NCBI GenBank assembly: GCA_024704765.1
Contig: JAKMXF010000332.1
Span: forward strand, 1,109,080 to 1,173,079
Source of the DNA: Oopsacas minuta
Taxonomy: Eukaryota; Animalia; Porifera
DNA length: 64,000 nt
Direction: 5' to 3'
Shown: positions 49,186-61,615 of the stretch, one piece after another
Layout: every line of letters starts with the position of its first letter
Position numbering within the stretch: position 1 is the stretch's first letter
Program-made: the position numbers and the translations under genes
Notes under the pieces: generated by a model
The model's input: only the letters and a program-made list of their open reading frames with translations
Databases searched by the model: none
Told to the model about the DNA's origin: nothing

Positions 49186-50489
49186 CAGGGTGGCTCCAAA
49201 GTTCTGATACAAACCATTTTGTCTATAATATTTTTCAGCACGACCTACATCATTGATTTTGTATATATAATTAATACATACTATTAGGAAGAGATTGCCT
49301 AGTCATTTATTCAATATAACCACCCTTTTTGGAAGTTACAGCCCTGAGTCTGTTCGGGAATCCTTCTACTGCGGCACGCAGAGTTTCTTGGCGTATCTTC
49401 TACAATTCTCGACACATGGAAATCTTTAGAGAGCTAACTGTGTTGTGTGACTCAGAACAAGCCTTGTTTTCCAAGATAGACTATACAGAATAGTCTATGG
49501 GATTTAACCGGGACTGTATGGTGGGCATTCATCCTTGTGTATAAATTGTGAATATTGTGCTTCAGCCAATCTTCGGTCTTATTGGCCCTATGGGTGGGAG
49601 CACCATCTTGTTGGAAGACAAATGGCTGTCCAGAAAACATGGTCTGGCTCAGACCTTTACCACAGGCTCTAATACAAGCTCTTGGTATGTTTTGGTATTG
49701 ATTTTCATTCCTGGAGGGATGAAAATCAGTGGTGTCCGGCCAACAGCAGAGACCCCAGCCCAAACCATCACCGATAGCGGTTTCTTCATCCGACTGATAT
49801 ATCTGAACTTATCAGGGATCGCTGAAACTAAGGTCGAGATGACTGTCGTTTTGGCTATTTATAGCCTCTTCTATGGTGAAAATTTTCTTAACTGAGAAAA
49901 GGGTATTTTCGAGAACCCCAATAGCGTGTAGAGCAAGTAGGCTCTTGCTCCGGGACACTCTTTTATTTCACCGACCCAGATAGGAATTGTACCTTTTTGC
50001 GTTTAAAAGAGCGGATTCCTGGGTCCCTTTTGGCAACCTTTTGTATTGCTCGGCGAGTTATATTGAGCTCCAAGGCCATTTCCCTCATCGAACGGTCTGG
50101 GTTCCGCCGAATCCGTTCTCGCACCATTTTCTTAAAAGCTGGGGTCATTACACAGCATGGACGACCAGATCTCGGCTTGTCTACAGTGTCGCCAGTTTCT
50201 TTATATCGATTTATCGTCCTGTAGATAAATGCCCTACATCTTTTTGCAATATTCAGCAGTTTCAAAATTTCTGAGGGACTTTTCCCCGCCACATATAACT
50301 CAATAATTGCTGGTCTCTCAGATTCCATGGTCAATCACAATTTTCTTTCGAAATAGTATACACTAAATTGAAATAATAATCGTTAGGAAGCGTTTAGGTA
50401 TGTCATGGAAGAGCAAACCATTGAGAATACTTCCTGATAATTGTTGTATATTAAATTGGGATTTTGTATCAGAACTTGGAGCCACCCTG
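49186..50489 (-). mobile_element. maT-type (DD37D) Tc1/mariner transposon with a pseudogenised transposase
   Basis: TIRs CAGGGTGGCTCCAA(A)GTTCTGATACAAA and TA TSDs. Motifs PRSGRP, FSVKKIFTIE (first D lost), FQQDGAPTH and a frameshifted PPYSP.LNPIDYS, with about 37 residues between the second and third D. Confidence 0.9.
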
Positions 50490-51975
50490 TACGTGAAATT
50501 ACGGTGTGTAGATTTCCATACCTTACTGTGCTCTAGTTATAACTTAAGACTAAGTTATCATGAATTTTGGAAATTATTGCCGCCAATACAATATACAAAA
50601 GTTAATCAAGTGCGGTAAATACAAATTTACCATTTTCAAGTTCTCATATTTAAATTTATTAGTGTTTTTATGACTCTAAAGTTCATAAAAACAATAATAA
50701 CAGATTTCTAAATAGTTCCAGAAACTTTGTTTCAATTATTATACTAGGGTAATGGCGGACGCAAATTCCAAATATGATATCGTCAACAACGTATTGTGAA
50801 TATTTGTTGTGTAGGTGTATAAAGTAAAGACATTTCTAAAAAGTTACATGCAAACGCAGAGTGTCCGCAAAGCGGGCTCGTTATTTATATAAAATAGTAT
50901 AAGCCAGATGTTTCAAATGTGACTAATCATGTATGAAATCACGTGCATAGAATGTGCCTAAATGTACATAATAATATAGTAAAATAGTTTGTTTAATTTG
51001 GTCTCTAAATAAATTATATAACTATTAAATTTATCAAGATCACAATAATGTCCAGCAGTGGATTATGTATTTTTGTTCCCTTTATGGGGGCCTGTCCCCC
51101 CCTGACCCCTCGTGTAGATACCCCATTACATCAGACCCCGACTGGTTTGGGCTCCTGGATCTGAGAAATATTTCAGGATATTCAATATCATTCGTTCCTA
51201 CTGAACTACATGTACTATCCTCAAATCCTATTGATAAAATTCTAAATAATTATCCTACAATTACCCTCTTTCTAACTTTTGAAACGAAACTCTAGTATCA
51301 AATGAAATATGTGCAAAACGGTGTTAGAATATGATAAATCATGTAGATATAGATTTGAAGATGTCAAATTTGGAATCTACATACTGGATTACCCCTGAAT
51401 TGCTGTTAAATCTAAATCTCTAGCATTATTTTGGATAATATGCAAAAGGTGTGAAATAAAATTATTCATATGATAAAATCACTTGGATATAGATTTGAAA
51501 GGTTAAATTTGAAATCTATATACTCGAGTACCCTTGAACATAAGCGTAGTTAGGGGTTGCTGGCAACCGCGACGCTGCTGTCAGCAACCCAAGTGGTAAC
51601 TCCAAAGAAGAAATGCCTAGCTACGCCTCTGCTCTGAGTGTTAAAACGACTCACATACGATCTAGGATATTAATCAATTGTAAATTTGACTTGGGAAACA
51701 CCGATTGAAAATTATAGCCCCCTAAAATTTGGATCGGTATAAACATTTACCTCTGAAATCGCTGCCCATGCAAAACTATGACGCCTTATGCTTCGCTTAA
51801 CTTAAGTGGTCATTATTATTTGCTATTATTTATAATAATTCTCTTCTTTAAATTCTCCTCGTACGTTAGATCATTGAACTTTCTTTTATTGTACTGTTTT
51901 GTATATACAATTGTTATTTTGATTTGTACAATTTGTAATGCGGATTGAGACAGTGTATAATGCGCTAAACAAATG

Positions 51976-52281
51976 CTGTATTATTATTATTTATTATTAT
52001 TATTATTATTAATTATTATTATCATTATTATTATTATTATTATTTATTATTCTTATTAGTATTAGTATTAGTATTAGTATTAGTATTAGTATTAGTATTA
52101 GTATTAGTATTAGTATTAGTATTAGTATTAGTATTAGTATTAGTATTAGTATTAGTATTAGTATTAGTATTAGTATTAGTATTAGTATTAGTATTAGTAT
52201 TAGTATTAGTATTAGTATTAGTATTAGTATTAGTATTAGTATTAGTATTATTATTATTATTATTTATTATTATTATTATTG
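51976..52281 (+). repeat. (TTA)n-(TATTAG)32-(TTA)n compound microsatellite
   Basis: Pure TATTAG array at 52054-52245 (192 bp) flanked by TTA runs. Confidence 0.95.
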
Positions 52282-53954
52282 TAAAAGATAGGTTCATCTC
52301 ATTTGACCTCAGGATGAAGAAACGATAATTATTAGACACATATGAAAAATATAGTTTCGACGAAGACATAGCCTTATATCCAGGGGTTGAAGAGGCGTTC
52401 ATAATTTAACGACAAATGATTTAGTTGATCGGTAGGAAAGATGACTCTGATGCACGAGCTGTGCAACCAGCTTGTCGGGTAAACATTTTTTAGTTAGTAC
52501 ATATTTCTATGAAATAGTAGTAATTTCGTTGAATAGATTATTACTAGGGTTTATAATTTTATGAGAAATGATCGTTGATTAATGGTATATCTTTGAATAA
52601 TTCTGAACGCTGAACTGAATACAATCATAAAAATCAACATTTACAGACTACCTCATTCTAGTCTAAGTTGCTTCTCACATAATTATAAGTGAAAAGATAA
52701 CAGAGTATCAGAATTTGAAACTCAAATTTAGTTGAATTTTGAAAAACTATATCCCCCTTCACATAGTTTTGCAAAATTTTGTCACGACCAACGTCCCATG
52801 TTCAGAAACGTGTAATTATTTGAAATTTAAATTTCGCAAAAAACACTGTAAAACATACTTATGATGCTCAGAAACTTGTAATATACATTTGAAAGTTAAA
52901 ATATTTTTGATATTCATAAACGTCCCTCTGTCTTCTATTTATTCCTTAAATTTTCTCCAAATCAGAATATTGGGAAGGGCTTCAAATTTCAAGTATGCTC
53001 AGTTTACGCTCACTTCACACTCGTTTACATAGTTTCATAGTCTATTACAACTATGTATATTCTATTCTTTTTCAAATTCACTAACTGCTCCTTTTTGTTA
53101 TATCTTTGATGCTCCCCCTTGCGATGATCGTTTCTTTTATTTGTCTATTCGTGAAGATTTCTATCTTTCTGCTTATTTAACCAGTTATATGTCATACTTT
53201 GCTGAAACGATTTTTGTTTATTCAGTAGAAATCGGATTTTTCTTACTATTTCTTTGCACGGTAATAAATAAAGACAAAACCGATTCCACCGTTTCCTTTG
53301 AAAAATTTTGTAAGTTGTATTTTATTCGAGCCAATATTGTACTAGCCAAATCCATTCGGTTGCCAATTTTCAATTTACTCTCCGCTTTTCGGTCTTGGTA
53401 ATCCTACGATTTTCACACGTTGCTTTTCTATTGTAAATATTCAACATTCATTTCGTGCCACTGGGTCTTCCGTTGTTTAGAAGTTTCCAATATGTCTAGG
53501 GTCTTTATTGGACCCTCAACTAAAAATTGGCCTTTTCAAATCGCCTGTACTCGCGGGATAGCTTTTACCTATTGCTATAGTTTTCGTTTCAGGCTTTTGC
53601 AGCCGCTTCGGGACTGAGAATTCGGTCGACCTTACCTTGCAACCTTATATAGTGAATGACGTCGCATTTCGGACTTAGCATACCACCCAATCTTTGTCAA
53701 ATCAATGCATAGACGGAGCCCAGATTTTCCCTGGAAACCTGAATTCTCTCTCGCTCGCTCGTCATATAATTATCTATCCCCTTGCACATTCAGTATGTGA
53801 CTTCTAAACCATTTTGCTCTGTGTATAATCGACAAAAAGATATAAATTTACTTGTGTCCTCCCACGATACAATACTAGCAATTTGCTTGTCCGAGAGACA
53901 CTGGACGCATCAAATTTATAGTAATTTACGGGGAGTGTGACTTTATGTGCATTC

Positions 53955-54309
53955 TAGTGCGACGTTTGTGTATAAATATATAGTACACAAACGTCGCACT
54001 ACCTTTGTACAAGTACAGTGCAGACCCCTTATTATCTAATCGTATTTAGCAAGAATTATCCTTACTAATTCGCGAATTTTGCTATTATGCACACTAATTA
54101 CCATATAAAACTGCACTCTATGTCCATGAAAAGTGGCTAATTGCAGATTTTGCTATTAGACTAATTGGTAATGGGCGGTTTCCATTGTACGAATTTTGTG
54201 AAACACTAGTGAGCTAAATTTACAACCAGGAGGAGTCAGACTGCCGACATCATCCGGGAGCAATATTAATACTAATCCATGGTAAATAGCTAGTGCGATG
54301 TTTGTTTAC
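53955..54309. mobile_element. TA-flanked MITE with an adjacent end of a second copy, forming an 18-bp perfect hairpin
   Basis: TAGTGCGACGTTTGTGTA (53955-53972), its exact reverse complement (53984-54001), and a third copy TAGTGCGATGTTTGTTTA (54291). Confidence 0.55.
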
Positions 54310-56421
54310 AGATATGCGAATTTGTATAAAATTGTCACTGTACACAAACCTCTCCCTTAGTAATTCTCTGTAATTTACGAACTAGAACGTAGAACTGATG
54401 AAATAATGATTAAATCAAATGAAGTTTGTCTAAGTCAATCAAGGTTCATGGGACCCCTAACGTCACCCAAGTCGGTGCTGAATTAAATTATTTATGCATG
54501 TCAAATTTTCAAATAACTATAGGGGAGTGCCCAGGCTTGTAAAAGGTCATACATATTGTGGTCAGGTGACCTGAAATGTCATCATAATACCTGAAATTGC
54601 CTAAAGTGACCAGACTTCATTCAAATTAACTACGAATTATAATTTGAACCGTTAACCAATAATCAGTTAATTTGGTGAATAACCTAATTAAAGAATACAT
54701 TGGGAGTGTCTAATTAATTACACACAATACCACTATGAAGTATTATCCTGCAAATATGTCTATACAAGATTATAATCTATAAAATTGAATAAGAAGAAAT
54801 TCGAGCAGTCATGACTTTTCTAATTATAACACTATCTGACTTATTTTGTTTGAAGCACCTAAACAACATAAGCATTGCCGTAGTAATCTAGTAGTCGCGT
54901 GTTGCTTAGTCTATTCGGAAATTCATCTTGATAGTAAGAACAATTCTTGTGTTCGAAAATATTTTTGTAAATTCTATAATATTTCAAATAAAGGATCATC
55001 TTTAAACGAATGTATCCACACTTTGAAAGTATCATATATTGAGACGCTAATCATGAGATGATGCCTAAAGCAGACCTTTAAACTTTTGTATTTATGTAAA
55101 ACCAGTTTGCAAATATTATAACTGACTGACTAGTATATGTTCCTGTTGAATTTCGTACAATAAGTAAACGAATACTGGTAGAATTATTATATACTAATCT
55201 AATACATAAGGACACTATAGGACCATGAGCAGCGCTATGGCAGCGGCATCGGGGGGGCGAATGGGGATCGGGCTGATGGTTGGAGGGGGGAGTAAACACC
55301 ATAATTATAACTATAAATTACAAATTCAGTACCAAAGTATATAATTTTACTAACAACATACAGTTAAATACTCGGTTTATTTACTTTTTGTACTAGAGTC
55401 CTATAGTAGCCTGTGTTGCGGTACCTCTGCGAAACGGTTGACAAATGTTCTCCCTATCCAAGGCGTATAGCATCTGCGCATTACATTACGAGCCTTTAGT
55501 ATTACGTGACGTAATGCTAACTATCAAAAAATATAAAAACTTTTGGAAATTTTCCTAATATCACTGTTTTGTTAATTTTTCTTAAACTCGATTACAAATT
55601 GAACTTCATCAATGACTATTGTCAATACATAGATATTACTTTATCTGTAATCTTTATACAATTATACTCTTTTCAAGTTCTATATGGTTTACGGTGTCAC
55701 TGAAATTATGTCTATTATGTTAATTATGCCCACACAGTTACGCCGCTGCGTGCGACGAAGTGTCAGCCATACAGTTATCAAAGTGTACATCGAGTTGCTT
55801 ATGGAACATGCCTCCCATTGCTCCCGCTTGGGTTAAGTATTTAACAGCTAAATTTATTGTTATTGGAAGCAACACGACAGAAAATACTCTCCACTACGTG
55901 TCTTGAATAATTCACAGCATAGCTAAAATTTGAATATTTCATTTTCCAACGTCTATCCATTAAATTTAATGGCCTTCTGTGGTGATACTGGAGCTTCTAT
56001 GTCGATTTTGGATAGTACCCTGGGCAATTCGTTCCTGCAGTAATATAAATTTTGTACTGTCATGATGACGCAATAATTCCATGATGAGTTTATATTTGAT
56101 CAAAATCATGATGTCAGGAAATTTGGCACATTGAGGGGTACCTTTTATTCAAATTTCAAATTCCATCATGTATATTGGCTACGCAGTGACTATTATGATG
56201 TCATTATCACCTTTTTGTATTTACAATCCAAAAAGGTGATTATAACATCATAATTTCTTCATAGGTGTGAATTTTCGTCCAAGACTTGAACTTGTCCAAG
56301 CCAAGCCAAAAAATAGGAAAATACATTGATGACGGCCATTGAATCTCATCTGCCTAGAGAATATATTGAAGAGACCAGATTTCATTTCATATTAATATTA
56401 ATAGATTCAATAGTTGACAAA

Positions 56422-56458
56422 CACAGTGTCAAAATGGCATTTAAGTGGAAATAGGCAT
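56422..56458 (+). mobile_element. Solitary Transib-type terminus
   Basis: CACAGTGTCAAAATGGCATTTAAGTGGAAATAGGCAT resembles CACAGTGGCACGAAATGGTCAGAATGTGGAGATAGGCAT at 60013, with a 2-nt deletion. Confidence 0.5.
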
Positions 56459-58719
56459 GTAGCCTCAACCTATGTGAATGAATTATCTAACTATAGTAAA
56501 ATCATGTTTGTAGCCTTGGGACCGGTAACCACAATGTAATTTTTCTATTATTGATGGGCCGCTGACAAGGTTGAGTTACATTAGATGGCAAGACCGGTTG
56601 TCATGAGCTTGCAACGGTCCCGAAATCGGTAGTAAACAAACTATTGGAAGCGTCCAAAGGCAAGTACCAGTAAAATTTTATACAGTTTAGCGTGATTTGG
56701 AGACAATATAATGAATATAGTATTTTAGGGTTTGATAAAATAGTTATATTGGTCACCCATGAGTTTAAGAAATCAATTTTAATGAGGTGAATTTTTAGAT
56801 AAATCTTCTTTTCAAGTGAGATAACCATGCTAATGTGTCAGAATTATGTTAGATGAGAATATTTCTGTGTAAGATAACAACACTAATCAAAAATCGTTAG
56901 AATCTAAGGCTACAGGGAAAATATTTTTGTATGCTGTCTGCAATGTGAGATTTTGATAGTTGCTGATTTGACAGGCATTTGTAGCGATAGCTTGTATGAC
57001 GAAATTTTCAAAATTCGAATTATCCGGAAAATTATTTTAATTTACCACTCAATGTTGTGTAGGGGTCATATTTTTCATAGCAACTATTATCCTTGTCATT
57101 ATTTTGCAATAAATCGTAAAATAGTATGATGACCAGCATATGGAAAATGATAGGTTGGGCTCTATGATTGATTATATGGCCATATTTAAAATTGCCTGTT
57201 TTATTAAGGTATTTATAATTAATAGAAGCAATATTAGACTCATTCTAAACGATTTGGCTTTACAAGATATTCAATATTTATCAACCACAATATGGTGAAA
57301 TTTCCCAGGCGAATTTTGTTTTTATCGCAGTCATGCATGTATTTTTAAGGGAATATATGTTTAGGGGCAAAATGGGCAGGTTAAATTTGGCTATGGTTAT
57401 TATAGAATTCTAAAAGCTATAAATTTACTTTACGAAAATACTTCACAGAACTCAACATACAAAGCTTTTAGCCTTTGGTAGTTCAAACATTTATATTCCA
57501 ACATTTATATTCCAGAATAGCCACTATAAAATAGTGAATTCCTATTGTTGCTATTGTTCATCAACGCTAGTATAGATCTGACCTAAGCTATATAATATGC
57601 ATATAATGTATAATACGTTATACGTGATCTATTTGAACGTATCAAATGTCTAGGTTAACCTCGAAATATATAATTTTGATATTGTTAGACTTGCAGAAGT
57701 CACGATATTATCAAGTATTACACAACTAGGTCACTATGCTGAGATTTCTCATTAACAATTCGAGAACTACTATTTTGATGCCAATTATTTATTGCAGAAA
57801 TTAGCCCAATAGAAGTTACGTCACCAAAAATCGAAAATTTAACGTAATATATGTATTATACGTAATACGTCTTCATTGAAGACGTATTAAACAACTTAGG
57901 ATCTGACAATATTGAATTTTCTAGTTATGTAAACATTCTCTATTAGATCTGCTCTGCCTTTTGCTCTTCTACAAATGTGATAGTTTGTATATTTCCAGAT
58001 GGTGTGCCACTCTGAAATAAGTATGCTACTCTTTCTTTTAATCCGAATACATATTTCAAAAATAACATTATTTCTCAACGATAGTCCCATATTTACTAAA
58101 ATAGCCTCTGTTCGAATTGTCGCCTTCCGAGGAACTTATAATGAATTCGTCTACATTTTATATAATGAGGGTATAATCTTTGGACATATTTTGATTTGGC
58201 ATAAATTATTTGTAGTAGAAGGCCTAAGCTTATACAATCTTTGGAAACGTTCTAAAAATTCAGAAGGCCTAATATTATTTAATTCTACTGCCAACAAATA
58301 CATTATACAATATTACTCATGTTGGCATCCTTTTCATCTTATGTATAAGTTTGTGCTCCAAGATCCTTTCAGTATTGTTCAATGCATTTCACTAATCCGA
58401 ACTCAATATTTTGAGAAATCAACAGTACTTTAGGATTAGCGATGTTGTATTGTATATGCTAGACAGTGGAACCTGAATAATTCTCTGAATATGCGTGGTG
58501 GCAAGATAAACGCTCTAAGACTTATGAATAAACATTTGTCGCCAACGTATACTATAGTTGTTTGTTGAAATTTACGCCACATTTCAATGTGCAACTAATT
58601 CAGAAAATTGGTTCCCCACAATCTTTATATTTCCTAGTGAAAAATTTATTTAGACAAAGAATGTTCAAGAAAGTTTTAAGGGCCAGTCGCTTTTTCAGAG
58701 AAAAAAAACATTATACCGA

Positions 58720-59024
58720 CAGTCAAACCTGCTTAACTGCCACCTCTGTAACGGCCAGTTCCTTTATCTACGGCACTCTATATAGTCGTCGCCTCCTAAA
58801 AAGTCTACCTTTGACATTCCCTTGGGTGGCTATCATTAACTACTTCCACTATATTCTTTTAAATATCGGTCACTTGTCTTAATGCCAACTTCTCTATATC
58901 ACCACCACTAACATAAAGTTACTGCCATACTAGTGTATAACGGTCAACATCTCTATAGCGGCCACCAATAAATACCGGCCACTTTTGGTCAGTTTCTTCG
59001 GCGGACTTTTAGGCAAGTTGACTG
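58720..59024. mobile_element. pogo-type MITE
   Basis: CAGTCAAACCTGCTTAA at the left end, TTAGGCAAGTTGACTG-TA at the right end, and internal GGCCA repeats. Confidence 0.6.
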
Positions 59025-59220
59025 TATATTTAGAATATATGTATAGATAAATTCAAATCAGTGATGACATTTACTACAATGCATATATGAAACGCTAGTA
59101 TATCCCTCGTCAGAATTGTACCAAATAGTGTTCTAACTGCGATATTTAGATTCAGCTTCAAAGGTTACTCCTACAGTCCAGTTTGAGCTTTCTAAAAGAT
59201 TATTTCTTGGCAATTTAAAC

Positions 59221-59461
59221 CGTTAAAACGGAAATTTGAAAGAATGATTTTTCCGCCTGGGTCTGGGTCAGTTTGATTTGATTCTTTACAATTTCAGTTG
59301 ATAGCGGTTCAAAAACTTAAAGACTTGCGCAAAAGACACATAGGTTGGGAGTAGGGGGTAAATTTGGGTCGCCTTCATAGATTGCCTACTAATATTGACC
59401 CCTAAGTTCAAACCGACCCTGACCCAGGCTAAAATTTCGTTGTAAAAATATCGTTTCAACG
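59221..59461. mobile_element. MITE with about 55-bp imperfect inverted arms
   Basis: GCCTGGGTCTGGGTCAGTTTGA versus the reverse complement of TCAAACCGACCCTGACCCAGGC (20/22), plus outer CGTTAAAACG / CGTTTCAACG. Confidence 0.55.
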
Positions 59462-60012
59462 ATTCTGTTGTACATCAACTATTTTTCGAAAACTTAAAAT
59501 GTATTTCGAGTACCTTTATAATCTAAATCCGAACTTACACTTAAATACAAATTCATCTATTTTTGACTAGGGTTACGCTCATTCAATTTATGCAATCAAT
59601 TCCAAATGATACACTGTCCAGCAATTTCATCTGTGGTGGATAGAGTTTGGTGGTATGTTATCTACTATGGTGATTCCGAAAATGTAGACCGTTTTATTCA
59701 ATAACGACACAATTCGATCTATGAAACTTGAACCTCAAAATTACTAAAATGTCATACATTTTTTACCGAATACTGACTTACTCATGAACAACCTGTGTAG
59801 ATTTTTGAACTTTTTTATGCTTATATCTATTATCAAACAGGTCGGAGTTATATTCAGGTACAACTGGTTATCTAGAGTCACATATAGACACAACAATACT
59901 TCATGAAAGATTCTTTATGCCCTTCGAAATGAACAGTTTTGCCTACATAGAGCTCTTTCCTATTTAAATAGGATTATAAATATACGTATGTACTATAATT
60001 TGATATTCAGTT

Positions 60013-61615
60013 CACAGTGGCACGAAATGGTCAGAATGTGGAGATAGGCATTTTGATGGCACATAGGTTCTCAAAATGTATTATTGCCATATAGGTTTCG
60101 ACCCCAACGAATCGAATGGTATACTCATTTTTCTCTATCCCTTCAGGTGACAAAGTTATGACGTCATTATCACTTATCTGAGGTGTGAAAATTCCCCAAA
60201 TTATCTATTAATCGATTGAGAGGTTTACTTTTAATCATCATTATGATCTTCATGATCACGATTAAGGGTGTTCACTAAAATATCTTGGCTACTTCTAAGT
60301 CATTGGCTAGATGGAGGCCTTGGAATAGAAAACTTGCGATTCATTAACAGCATGGGATCACTGTGAGAAATCAATCGAACAAATACATCCTTTAAATTTT
60401 CTTCAAATGAAAACTTGCGAGCAAGACGATCTCTGTATCTCCGAATATATTTGTTAGAAGCCTCTAGTCCTTCTTCAGATAACTTCTCTAGCCCATGTCC
60501 ATCATTAAACGTTGAGATGATTTCCGGTGCATGTGCTAACAGTTTGTGTAACGTCGGGGAAACATTAGCCCAAGGAAATGCACAGAGAATTGACTGGTAG
60601 ATATTACTGCAAACAAGCGCTAGTTCTTCTGTATCCACTCTTCTGCTGCTATTATAGACGCGTAGGATTGCTCCTAGGCATGTGTGAATTTCAATTATGT
60701 GGGACTTGAACTCAGACGGGATCACTGTCAAAAACCAGTAGAGGAAATCTTGATCATTGTCATCCTTTCTTATCAAGCATCGTCTTACCACATTACCAGT
60801 AGTCGTTGTGCCACCTTGTGTTGAAGGGATGTCAATGATAATATTGAGATTGTCCTTAATTAAACTTGTAACGAAAGTTTTAGCATCTGAGACTCTCTTA
60901 GAAGTTGGTGACCACTTAATTACTGGCTAATTAGATGCAAAACCAGCCAAAACATCGGAGATATGCATGCAAAGGCGAACTGGGTATGATTCCTAAGTCA
61001 GATATTGGTCTGTGTGGAACGTTGAATCTGTTGTCAGAAGATAATGATAGAAACTCCTCTTCGTTAACTTCATCAAATAATGCTTTCAGGTCTGTGATGG
61101 ATCGATTAATTGGAAAACCGTCTTTTACGATATCCGGATCATGGATTTGTTTGAATGTCGCTGTGCAGAACTGGCAACATGCACTCGCAGCTCCACTAAT
61201 AATCTTTGCCATTTTGCCATCCAATTGTGAACGTTGAATTTCAACTTCACAAAATCCGCTTGTTAGTTCTAAACCCTTTTCCGTTATCTTTGTGGACTCC
61301 TTATTGATTAGTGTATCCATAAGATATCGAATATTGTCTTCGTTCTCCTGTAGAGCTAGTATCGCAACGGGTCTAATTGAGAAAGGAGAATTTGGTAGAG
61401 GGTTTTTCCAAATCAGTTTGAAATCGATGTCGAAAATGGAAATCACCTTAAACTCGAATAAAATAAAACTTTTTGTTGATATATTGGAGTGAGTCGCCTG
61501 CTGATAAACTGGGTGAGAGCAAGAACCGTCAAGTCCATCTGAAATTCGTATCTTTTTAGGATTGCTGGTGCTTGGAATTTCATTGGCAGAAGCAGTCAAT
61601 ATTCTGTTTACTGCA
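60013..61615 (-). mobile_element. Transib transposon 3: 3' terminus plus degenerate catalytic core (60300-61615)
   Basis: End CACAGTGGCACGAAATGG at 60013, preceded by CAGTT. Motifs ISDGLDGSCSH, RSQLDGKM, CCQFC, SPLHAY, GGTTTTGNVVRR, PWANVSPTLHKLLAH and SEEGLEASNKYIRRYRDRLARK. The N-terminal part is absent. Confidence 0.9.

Noticed and set aside
52040-52402. Asn-Thr repeat ORF, or a telomere-like array
   Set aside because: It is a translation of (TATTAG)n. The unit differs from TTAGGG at two positions and is explained by derivation from the flanking (TTA)n.
53670-53730. Gypsy RT-like GKSGLRLCIDLTK on the minus strand
   Set aside because: It is a single short motif with no supporting flanking RT motifs.
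60359-60365. CACTGTG as the partner end of Transib 3
   Set aside because: It lies inside the coding sequence (SHSDP) and is followed by AGAAA, not CAGTT.
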